64,000 bases of DNA from an uncultured Acidobacteriota bacterium (GTDB taxonomy: Bacteria > Acidobacteriota > Vicinamibacteria > Vicinamibacterales > CAVVIG01): the NCBI GenBank assembly GCA_902825985.1, contig CADEDC010000019.1, forward strand, positions 14,137-78,136, in the 5' to 3' direction. The notes beneath the pieces were generated by a model. The model made no database searches, was not told the DNA's origin, and worked only from the letters and a program-made list of their open reading frames with translations. Below are positions 35,132 through 42,387 of the stretch, piece after piece (the stretch's first letter is position 1; the number at the start of each line of letters is the position of its first letter). The translations under genes were made by a program, and so were the position numbers.

Positions 35132-36139
35132 TCACTTTGCCGCTGGCGCGTACGGTGCCGCTGCCGCGACGCTGGCGTCAGTCGCGAAGTGGGTCGCCAG
35201 CCACGCCGCCGAGACGCGCAGCATCTCGTCCTGCCAGGGTCCGAACGACAGGACGTGATTGGCCTGCTCGATGGTGTGGACCTGGTAGACCGCCGGCAGG
35301 CTCGAGAGCCGTGACTGATGGCGCTTGATGAACTTCTCGTCGAACTCCCACCCCAGACGGTCCGAGCCGCCGAAGATCAGTAGCATCGGCCGGCGCGACT
35401 GCAGCATCTGGAAGAACGCCGGCGGGAAGAGCGGGCTCGCGTTGTCGTCCTCGGGCACGGCGCTCGGCGTGGCTGGCGGTGCCGGCGGCGCGCCGAAGAG
35501 CGACCGGCGCACCGAGTGCCAGAGGAGACGGTAGTCCGTCCTCAACGTCAGGAACCGCAGCCAGGCATCCGGTCTGAGGACCTTCTGCAGGTAGCTGCGG
35601 CCCACGGCCTCGAGCTGCCCCGACGTCATGTAACGCACCGGATCGGCCGACTTGCTGGCCAGCAACGGCGTGATGCCGAGCGCCAGCAGGCCGACGACCC
35701 GGGCATCCCGCGAGCCGGTCAGCAGGCCGGTGATCGCGCCGCCGCACAGCCCGGACACCAGGAAGCGGTCGTATCCGTGACGCTGCTGCATCCAGTCCAT
35801 GGCATCGACCGTGTCGCCGACGAAGCGGCCGACCTCGATGTTGCCGTAGACGTCCCGCAGCTGGGTTTCTGGAAGCGCGCCTTCCGAATCCCCGAGCCCG
35901 AAGCAGTCGAAGCGCAGGACGGGGATGCCCAACTGCACGAAGAGATCGGCCATGCGCAGGTACAGCCGTTCCGGCCCGACTCGCATCTTGATTCCCGGCG
36001 ACAGCAGGAGCACCGCCAGATTGCCGCGGCGATGCTGCGGTTCGTGGAGGACGCCGAACAGCGTCAGGCCGTCGCGGTTCTTGAAGGTGACCGGGATGCG
36101 GCTGTGCCTGGCGCCGGCCGGTGATGGGGGTGCGCTCAT
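35132..36139 (-). CDS. Alpha/beta-hydrolase-fold protein (exosortase-A-system 'hydrolase 1'-like), elbow reads G-L-C-G-G
   Basis: 'LFGVLHEP...PVLRFDCFGLGDSEG...FLVSGLCGGAITG...FGGSDRL...EQANHVLS'. ATGA overlap with the upstream VOC gene. Confidence 0.7.
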   Translation of the reverse strand: MSAPPSPAGARHSRIPVTFKNRDGLTLFGVLHEPQHRRGNLAVLLLSPGIKMRVGPERLYLRMADLFVQLGIPVLRFDCFGLGDSEGALPETQLRDVYGNIEVGRFVGDTVDAMDWMQQRHGYDRFLVSGLCGGAITGLLTGSRDARVVGLLALGITPLLASKSADPVRYMTSGQLEAVGRSYLQKVLRPDAWLRFLTLRTDYRLLWHSVRRSLFGAPPAPPATPSAVPEDDNASPLFPPAFFQMLQSRRPMLLIFGGSDRLGWEFDEKFIKRHQSRLSSLPAVYQVHTIEQANHVLSFGPWQDEMLRVSAAWLATHFATDASVAAAAPYAPAAK

Positions 36140-36564
36140 GATTCGTGGGGCGGCAGCAGTTCACGCCGGTCGTCGGTGTCGATCAACTCGAGGTTCAGCC
36201 CGAGCCCGGCGTAGAGGAACGCGATGAGGTGATCGTCGAACGCTTCACCCGGTTGCGGCGGCGCCAGGAGGCGGGCCCCCCGTCCGACCAGATCGTCGCA
36301 GGCATCGGCCACCGAGTCGACCTTGAAACAGATGTGGTGCAGCCCCTCGCCGCGCTTCAGGAACTCGCGCAGCGGTGACTGCTCGTCCGATGGTGCGATC
36401 AGCTTCAGATCGGGAGAGCCCGGCCGGCTCAGGAACAGCACGACGACCTTCTGCCGCGTGTTGGTGACCTTGGCGGTCCTCGGCGTGTAACCGAGCAGCG
36501 CCTGCAGCCGGGCGGCCGCGGCGTCCACCGACCGCACGGCGATGGCGATGTGATCGAATGTCAT
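36136..36564 (-). CDS. VOC-family (glyoxalase/bleomycin-resistance/methylmalonyl-CoA-epimerase-like) protein
   Basis: 142 aa. 'FDHIAIAVRSVD...GLHHICFKVDSV...IAFLY'. Only the C-terminal part of track ORF 36136-37554 is real. Confidence 0.75.
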   Translation of the reverse strand: MTFDHIAIAVRSVDAAAARLQALLGYTPRTAKVTNTRQKVVVLFLSRPGSPDLKLIAPSDEQSPLREFLKRGEGLHHICFKVDSVADACDDLVGRGARLLAPPQPGEAFDDHLIAFLYAGLGLNLELIDTDDRRELLPPHES

Positions 36565-36566
36565 GC

Positions 36567-38015
36567 TCAGCGGCCGGTGTCGACGGCGGGACCGATGGTC
36601 TCGCTGCCGGTGATATAGGCCCCCGCCGGAACCGTGGTGCCGTCCGGGCCGCCGACGCCGTGCAAGGCCCGTCCGACCGCGCGCGCCGGTGAATCCGGCT
36701 TGAGCCGATAGTCGGTCGGCCCGCGAAAGCCGGGGTCGGCCGTGATGCTGTTGGCGTCCTGCTTCAGTCGCCGCCATTCGCCGAAACCGCGGGAGGCGCC
36801 GCCGAGATCGCCGAAGCTCTTGACGCCATGGTAGACGTTGCGGTCGAAGTCGTTGCGGTCCTTGGTGTTGTTGAGGGCGACGTCGGTCGTGTCCTGCCTG
36901 ACCGCATGCCCGCCGCCCGAGACGATGTTGTTCCAGAACAGGAAGCGTGAGTCGGCCGGCCAGACGCCGGCGTCGAACGAGGCCATGGCCGCGACGTTGT
37001 CGATGAGCGTGTTGTTGAAGAAGCGTACCCACCGGGCGTCCTGCACCCGGTGGTCGAACATGTTGATCCAGAAGCCCGCTTCGCGCTGCCCGACGAAGAT
37101 GTTCTGGTAGACGAGCAGCGGCTTCGCTTCGGTCATCGGCTGCTGCAGCACGTTGATGCCCCAGCGGCTGCCGCGGAAGACGTTGAACCGGACCGTGACC
37201 GTGTCGATGCCCGAGCCGTCCGGCTTGACCGCCTTGAGATAGATGCCGGACCCGCAGTTGACGATCTCGTTGTTCTCGATGAGCAGCGGGAAGGCGCGGT
37301 AGGTTTCGATGCCGGCATGGTTCCGGTCGTTCGTCTGGCCGCCGTAGTCGGCGATCCGGTTGTGGGCGATACGGACACCGCGGGCATCTTCCAGGCGAAC
37401 GCCGTTGTAGTTGTCGCCGTTGCGCGCGGTCATGTTCGGGTTGCCGGTCAGCGTGCTGTGCTCGATGCTCCCGCCGGTCACGTTGAAGAAGGTCACCGGA
37501 CCGGTGTCGGGCCGCGTCGGCGCCGTGCCTTCGCTGATCGTGAAGCCGGACCACTCGATGTAATCCCGCTCGTTCGAGCCGATCATCGGGCCGGCCCCGG
37601 ACGAGTACACCAGCTCCACCGGTCCGCTGGACTCGAAGCGGATCGGCCGTCCGGCCGTGCCCTCGTTCACCGGGTTGTAGGCGACGTCGAACCGGCCGCC
37701 ACCGCCGCCGGTCTGGTTGCCGCCGGTGGCGTATCGACCGGCGGCGATGCGCACCGTGTCGCCGGCCTGCGCCGCCTGCCCGGCATCAGGGCGCGCCCGG
37801 TCGCTGCTGCCCCACGCCGCACGGCCGATCGTCCGCCACGGTCGTGCCGGGCCGTTGTCGGTGTAGCTGGTTGCGTCGTTGCCGGCGCCGCCATCGACGT
37901 ACAGCGTCTTGGCGTCCCCGCGCCGCGCGCAGGCGGACACCAGCACGCAGCTCATCGTCGCGATCAGCAGGATCTGCGCGGCGGTCCAGGGCTGTCCGAG
38001 GGGGCGTCTTGTCAT
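36567..38015 (-). CDS. Right-handed parallel beta-helix repeat lipoprotein (DUF1565/pectate-lyase-fold), paralog 1
   Basis: Lipobox 'LVSAC' after 'MTRRPLGQPWTAAQILLIATMSCV'. 'KTLYVDGGAGND...PWRTIGRAA' plus NxxxxN beta-helix repeats. GGAGA lies 6 nt before ATG 38015 (alternative ATGs at 38027 and 38039). Confidence 0.7.
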   Translation of the reverse strand: MTRRPLGQPWTAAQILLIATMSCVLVSACARRGDAKTLYVDGGAGNDATSYTDNGPARPWRTIGRAAWGSSDRARPDAGQAAQAGDTVRIAAGRYATGGNQTGGGGGRFDVAYNPVNEGTAGRPIRFESSGPVELVYSSGAGPMIGSNERDYIEWSGFTISEGTAPTRPDTGPVTFFNVTGGSIEHSTLTGNPNMTARNGDNYNGVRLEDARGVRIAHNRIADYGGQTNDRNHAGIETYRAFPLLIENNEIVNCGSGIYLKAVKPDGSGIDTVTVRFNVFRGSRWGINVLQQPMTEAKPLLVYQNIFVGQREAGFWINMFDHRVQDARWVRFFNNTLIDNVAAMASFDAGVWPADSRFLFWNNIVSGGGHAVRQDTTDVALNNTKDRNDFDRNVYHGVKSFGDLGGASRGFGEWRRLKQDANSITADPGFRGPTDYRLKPDSPARAVGRALHGVGGPDGTTVPAGAYITGSETIGPAVDTGR

Positions 38016-38032
38016 TCCCGTCTCCATGGCCG

Positions 38033-39511
38033 CTACCACCGACCGCGGTAGATGGTGAAGACGTCCATCTGCTGTGGTCCCGGTCCCCAGTACATCTCGG
38101 TGAAGTAGATCTGCTCGAGGAACGGTGACAGCGCCGGGGTCCGTTGCACGAATTCGCCCGGGCTCTTGCCCTGCATGACGACGTAGTTCGGATGGCTTTC
38201 GAGCACTTTGGCCTCCATGCTCTGTCGTCGTTCACGCGTCGGCAGGGTATCGGTGAGACCGGCAAGATCGACAATGGTTCGCCGGGTCCGATAGGCGATG
38301 ATGCCGACGTCGTAGGTCGCGATGGTGTCTTCGCGGGCCATCTGCCGGTCCAGCCACTCGGCGATCGCGTGATGGTTGTCCGAGTAGCTTCGCTCGGCGA
38401 CCTTGACGCTGCGCCACGTCATGAACCCGATTGCCGCCGGTTGACCGACGACGAGCGCGAGCAGGACGACGGTGGCCAGCCCGACCCGCCTGGCATCGCC
38501 GCGAGGCAGGACGGCGGCCGGCGACCAGCGGCTCAGCCACCAGGCCGCGCACAGCAGCAGGAGCGGCGTGTACAGGGTCATGTAGCGACTGGCGACATTG
38601 ACGCCACGATACGAATACTGCGCGATGGCGCCGAGCGTCCACACCAGTGGCACGAGCCAGGGCAGCATGGCCGGGATGGAAAGCTGCCGCTGACGCCGCA
38701 TCGCCAGCGCCGCCACCAGGCTGGCTCCCAACACCAGCAGCGGCACCATCGTCGAGGCGCCCATGATGGCGATGGCATCGAAGGCGCTCTCCCACGGCGA
38801 CCCGGTCTGCCGAAGCTTGACGACGAAGCTGTTCGGGACGATCGTCCCGAAATGCAGCAGGGCGAAGGTCAGCCAGGCCCCCAGCGGCAGGGCGGCGCCG
38901 ACGCCGAACTTCACCGCGTCCGCCAGCCTCCCGGTGAGCAGGAACAGGAGGCCGATGAGCCCCACCAACAGCGCCACCTCGGGGCGTGCCAGCACGCCGA
39001 GTCCGAGGATGACACCGGCGACCGTCACCAGGCCGCCGCGCTCCGGCCGGGCGACGAACGCCGCGGCGAAGCCGAGCACGACGATCAGCGCTGCGAACCC
39101 ACCCTCCATCCCCGACACGGACCAGCGTTGAAACCAGGGATCGATCGCGAGGGCCAACGGCGGCAGCAGGCGCGCCGCCGGCGAGGTGCCGACCTGCCGC
39201 GCCAGCAGCCACACCGCCAGGACGCATGCCGCAGAACTGGTGAGGCTGACGATCTGTGCGACCGCCGGCGTCGAGCCGCCGAGCCAGGTGCCGAACGCCA
39301 GCACCAGCACCCAGAGCGGGCTGGTGGAGCCGTACGAGGGCTCACCCGGGTTGAACGCCATCCCGGCACCCTCGGCGAAGTTCCTGGCGTACACGAAGTG
39401 GATGTAGGAGTCGTCGGTCAGGTAGCCGCCATACAGCAGCCACGACACGGCGGCGAAGGCCGCTGCCAACGTGCCCGGCAGGGCCAGATGGCCAAACTTG
39501 GTTGAGCTCAT
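38033..39511 (-). CDS. Polytopic membrane protein, GT-C-like glycosyltransferase candidate (DD motif after TM1)
   Basis: 492 aa and more than 10 hydrophobic helices. 'YLTDDSYIHFVYARNFAEGAGMAFNPGEPSYGSTSPLW' immediately follows TM1, the position of the acidic motif in GT-C enzymes. Has a soluble C-terminal domain. Confidence 0.5.
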   Translation of the reverse strand: MSSTKFGHLALPGTLAAAFAAVSWLLYGGYLTDDSYIHFVYARNFAEGAGMAFNPGEPSYGSTSPLWVLVLAFGTWLGGSTPAVAQIVSLTSSAACVLAVWLLARQVGTSPAARLLPPLALAIDPWFQRWSVSGMEGGFAALIVVLGFAAAFVARPERGGLVTVAGVILGLGVLARPEVALLVGLIGLLFLLTGRLADAVKFGVGAALPLGAWLTFALLHFGTIVPNSFVVKLRQTGSPWESAFDAIAIMGASTMVPLLVLGASLVAALAMRRQRQLSIPAMLPWLVPLVWTLGAIAQYSYRGVNVASRYMTLYTPLLLLCAAWWLSRWSPAAVLPRGDARRVGLATVVLLALVVGQPAAIGFMTWRSVKVAERSYSDNHHAIAEWLDRQMAREDTIATYDVGIIAYRTRRTIVDLAGLTDTLPTRERRQSMEAKVLESHPNYVVMQGKSPGEFVQRTPALSPFLEQIYFTEMYWGPGPQQMDVFTIYRGRW

Positions 39512-39669
39512 TGCACCTGTTCTGACGTGGCGATCTCGTCCCTGGATCTTATCAGGATGGAAACCGGTGCCCTACACGGTTCGGCCGCGCCTGAGGTTTG
39601 TGCGTGCAATTCTGGGGAGGGGGCGGTTGGTGCGCGAGAAGGCGGGAGGGACGTGGCGAGGTGACAACG

Positions 39670-39704
39670 GCCAGCGGCGAATCGCGATCCGATTCGCCGC
39701 TGGC
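39670..39704 (-). terminator. Perfect 15-bp stem / 5-nt loop hairpin after beta-helix paralog 2
   Basis: GCCAGCGGCGAATCG-cgatc-CGATTCGCCGCTGGC, 18 nt downstream of the stop at 39722. No U-tract follows. Confidence 0.45.
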
Positions 39705-39721
39705 GGCGGAATGTGGGGTGG

Positions 39722-41257
39722 CTACGAGACGATCCGGAGATTCGTCGGCGCTCCCGGCGGATTCGATCCACCGGTCGGCGGTGGCGGTGGCGGCGTGTAG
39801 CCCGTCGTCGGGCCGATCGCCTCGCTGCCGGTGATGTAGGCGCCTGCCGGAATCACCGCGCCGTTGCCGCCGCCGATGCCATAGAGCGCGCGGCCGATGG
39901 TCCGTGCCGGCGAGGTGGACTGCAGCCGGTAGTCCCCGGCGGACGGATTGACGAACCTGGGGTCGGCCTGGATGGCGGCCGCGTTCGCGGCGTCCTGCCC
40001 GTAGGTGCTCTGCCACACCGACAGGCTGACGTTGTTGCCGCCGAGGTCGCCGAAGCCGCTGCTGAACCCGAAGTAGACGTTGTGTTCGAAATCGTGGCGA
40101 TCCTTGGAGTTGCTCAAGGCGACGTTCGTCGTGTCCTGTCGGACCGAGTGCGTGCCGCCCACCACGATGTTGTTCCACATCAGGAAGTTCGAGCCGGCCG
40201 GATAGGTCGCCGCATTGAAGGTGGCGATGCCCGACACGAGGCCGCTGGTCGCGTTGGAGACGATGGTGTTGTTGAAGAAGCGGACCCAGCGCGCGTTCTG
40301 CACGCCGTTGTCGAACTGGTTGATCCAGAAGGCGGCTTCGCGCTGGTTGACGAAGAGGTTCTGGTAGGCGAGCAGCGGCCGCTGCTGCGTCATCGGCTGC
40401 TGGAGCACGTGCAGACCCCAGCGGCTGTTGACGAAGACGTTGTAGCGCACGATGACATTGTCGATGCCGGTGCCGTCGGGACGGACGGCCTTGAGATAGA
40501 TGCCGGCGCCGCAGTTCGTGATCTCGTTGTTCTCGATCGTCAGCGGGAACGCCCGGTAGGTCTCGATGCCGTTGTGATTGCGATCGAGCGACTGGCCGCC
40601 GTAGTCGCGAATCCGGTTGTTGGCGATGCGCACGCCGCGGGCGTCTTCGAGCCGGACGCCCGAGTAGTTGTCGCCGACGCGGGCCGTCCAGTTCGGGTTG
40701 CCGGTCAGGACGCTGCTTTCGATCGAGCCGCCAGTGACGTTGAAGAAGATGACCGGACCGGTGTCGGAGCGGGTGGGCGCCGTCGTCTCACTGATCGTGA
40801 AACCGGACCACTCGATGTTGTCCCGCTCGTTGGAGCCGATCATCGGCCCGGCGCCGTTCGAGTAGGTCAGCACGACCGTGCCGACGGCCTCGAAGCGGAT
40901 CGGGCTGCCCGCAACCCCCTCGTTCACCGGGTTGTAGGCGACGTCGAATCGCCCGAAGCCACCACCGGTCAGGTTGCCGACGGTCGTGTACGTGCCGGCC
41001 GAGATCCGCACCACGTCACCGGCACGCGCGGCCTCGTTGCCGTTTGGCGCCGAACGGTTCGTGCTGCCCCAGGCGGCGCGACCAATGCTGCGCCACGGCG
41101 TCGTCGAGCTGTTGGCGGCGTAGGAGGTGCTGTCGTTGCCGGTCGAACCGTTGACGTACAGGGTCTTGGCCTCGGCGCTGGCTGTCCACCCCAGCCACGA
41201 CAGCAGGACGGCTGCCATCGCGCGTCGACCGGTCTGCGAGATCGAACCACTTCGCAT
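39722..41257 (-). CDS. Right-handed parallel beta-helix repeat secreted protein, paralog 2, with Pro-rich C-terminal tail
   Basis: Sec signal '...AVLLSWLGWTASAEA'. Long identical blocks with paralog 1 ('GRFDVAYNPVNEG', 'GAGPMIGSNERD', 'IEWSGFTISE', 'ARWVRFFNNT'). Tail 'TPPPPPPTGGSNPPGAPTNLRIVS'. Confidence 0.7.
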   Translation of the reverse strand: MRSGSISQTGRRAMAAVLLSWLGWTASAEAKTLYVNGSTGNDSTSYAANSSTTPWRSIGRAAWGSTNRSAPNGNEAARAGDVVRISAGTYTTVGNLTGGGFGRFDVAYNPVNEGVAGSPIRFEAVGTVVLTYSNGAGPMIGSNERDNIEWSGFTISETTAPTRSDTGPVIFFNVTGGSIESSVLTGNPNWTARVGDNYSGVRLEDARGVRIANNRIRDYGGQSLDRNHNGIETYRAFPLTIENNEITNCGAGIYLKAVRPDGTGIDNVIVRYNVFVNSRWGLHVLQQPMTQQRPLLAYQNLFVNQREAAFWINQFDNGVQNARWVRFFNNTIVSNATSGLVSGIATFNAATYPAGSNFLMWNNIVVGGTHSVRQDTTNVALSNSKDRHDFEHNVYFGFSSGFGDLGGNNVSLSVWQSTYGQDAANAAAIQADPRFVNPSAGDYRLQSTSPARTIGRALYGIGGGNGAVIPAGAYITGSEAIGPTTGYTPPPPPPTGGSNPPGAPTNLRIVS

Positions 41258-41387
41258 GATAAATCCTCAGTCTGGGAACGTCAGGTCTTCGAATCCGGGT
41301 GCAGTCTGACGATCACGAGAGCTCTTCACAAGAACTCCTGCGGCCGGGGGGCGACGGACCGCCCGATTCGTGTGTGCCCTCACAAGG

Positions 41388-41403
41388 TGCAGGAGTTATG
41401 CCA
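41388..41403 (-). promoter_or_regulatory. Sigma54-type -24/-12 promoter candidate (minus strand TGGCAT-AACTC-CTGCA)
   Basis: GG-N10-GC spacing with TGGCA/TGCA. Lies about 130 nt upstream of the paralog-2 ATG, inside a 566-nt non-coding gap. Confidence 0.35.
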
Positions 41404-41775
41404 CGCAGACAGGGCGCTAGGATAGCTCAATACCGGCACTTTCCTTCGAGAAACGCGCGAGACGCCCCATCAGTTCCCGTCCGATCATTACGGATCGGAG
41501 TGAAGGTGACACTGCGAGTGACGGCCCGCAGACTCGGCGGGCCCGGACGATGGGAACGGGGGCAGCGGATGGGTCGAACGGACCCCGGCCGGCGGCCGGT
41601 TGCCGAGGCCACGGTGCCGAATCGGGCAGGTGTGATCGTTCGCCGGTCGAACTGTGCAGCCGGCTCGCCGGCGGGCCGGTCCGGGGCAAGTTGGAAGGCA
41701 CTGCGGACGCACCGTCGGACGCGTCACGGGACGCTCCGACGGTGCGAGGCAGCGGGACAGCCGGTGTGGTGGCGC

Positions 41776-41816
41776 GGCGCGCCTGGGCAGGCGCGCCCAG
41801 AGGCCCGCGGCGCGCC
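41776..41816 (-). terminator. GC-rich multi-palindrome (three GGCGCGCC copies) after the SxtK-like ORF
   Basis: GGCGCGCC-tgggca-GGCGCGCC plus a third copy at 41809-41816. Begins 8 nt downstream of the stop at 41824. No U-tract. Confidence 0.3.
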
Positions 41817-41823
41817 TACAAGC

Positions 41824-41973
41824 CTAGAAGATGGTGTAGATGAAGGGCGCCAGCGCCGAGCCCTGTGCGAACACGAGCAGCGTTCCGACGACGACCATCA
41901 CGATGATCACCGGCAGCAACCACCATTTCTTCCGCTCGCCCATGAATCGCCACAACTCGCTCATCAAGCCCAT
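41824..41973 (-). CDS. Small membrane protein, DUF5989/SxtK-like (49 aa; not in supplied ORF track)
   Basis: Own translation: MGLMSELWRFMGERKKWWLLPVIIVMVVVGTLLVFAQGSALAPFIYTIF*. AGGAGGA lies 5 nt upstream of the ATG. The position after carbamoyltransferase + SxtJ-like matches the known trio. Confidence 0.65.
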   Translation of the reverse strand: MGLMSELWRFMGERKKWWLLPVIIVMVVVGTLLVFAQGSALAPFIYTIF

Positions 41974-41982
41974 GCTGTCCTC

Positions 41983-42387
41983 CTAGAACTGCCGCGTCAG
42001 ATCGCCGCCCCGCTTGCCTTCCGGCCGCGAGTGCCAATAGCTCGTGCCGCTCGGCTGGTGCACCATCGGATTGCCGCCAAACGTCCGGCGCAGGATCCCG
42101 ATCGGCGTCATCACCACCAGGTACATCGCCCCCATCACGATCGGCGTGGTGACCTTGGAGATCGCGTGCGCGATCGCCATCCAGCCGCGCTCGACCGGGC
42201 CGAGCCGGGTCGGGATCACCAGGCCGGCGAGCGCCAGGGCGCCGCCCAGCCCACCGAGCACGTAGGTCGTGACGGCGTTGTCGCGCCAGAACGCGATCCC
42301 GGCCAGCACCAGGAAGGCGATGCCGACCGTCAAGCCGAATTTTCGCCCCGCGGCGGCCGTCAATCGAGCTGGAACTCGTCCTGCCAT
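41983..42387 (-). CDS. SxtJ-like small membrane protein
   Basis: 134 aa, 3 hydrophobic helices ('FGLTVGIAFLVLAGIAFW', 'TYVLGGLGGALALAGLVIP', 'VTTPIVMGAMYLVVMTPIGIL'). Lies directly downstream of the carbamoyltransferase and overlaps its 3' end by 28 nt. Confidence 0.6.
   Translation of the reverse strand: MAGRVPARLTAAAGRKFGLTVGIAFLVLAGIAFWRDNAVTTYVLGGLGGALALAGLVIPTRLGPVERGWMAIAHAISKVTTPIVMGAMYLVVMTPIGILRRTFGGNPMVHQPSGTSYWHSRPEGKRGGDLTRQF

Noticed and set aside
38033-39511. The 492-aa polytopic protein as the missing exosortase (XrtA/EpsH) or as a Wzy polymerase.
   Set aside because: It lacks the exosortase-like conserved Cys/Arg/His arrangement as far as I can judge. It has a DD motif directly after TM1 plus a sizeable soluble C-terminal domain, which fits GT-C enzymes better. 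The Wzy/O-antigen-ligase-like candidate is at 20787-22088.
39512-39721. Possible truncated Fn3 domain after the 'PTNLRIVS' end of beta-helix paralog 2.
   Set aside because: I translated the frame past the TAG and it gives 'PPHIPPPAANRIAIRRWPLSPRH...', which is not Fn3-like. The region instead holds the 15-bp hairpin.
41258-41823. ORFs in the 566-nt gap (41417-41701(-), 41427-41612(-), 41488-41727(-), 41299-42483(+), 41550-41843(+)).
   Set aside because: The translations are Arg/Pro/Gly-rich with no RBS or motifs, and the ORFs overlap each other in all frames. The region is better explained as a promoter/leader for the beta-helix gene.
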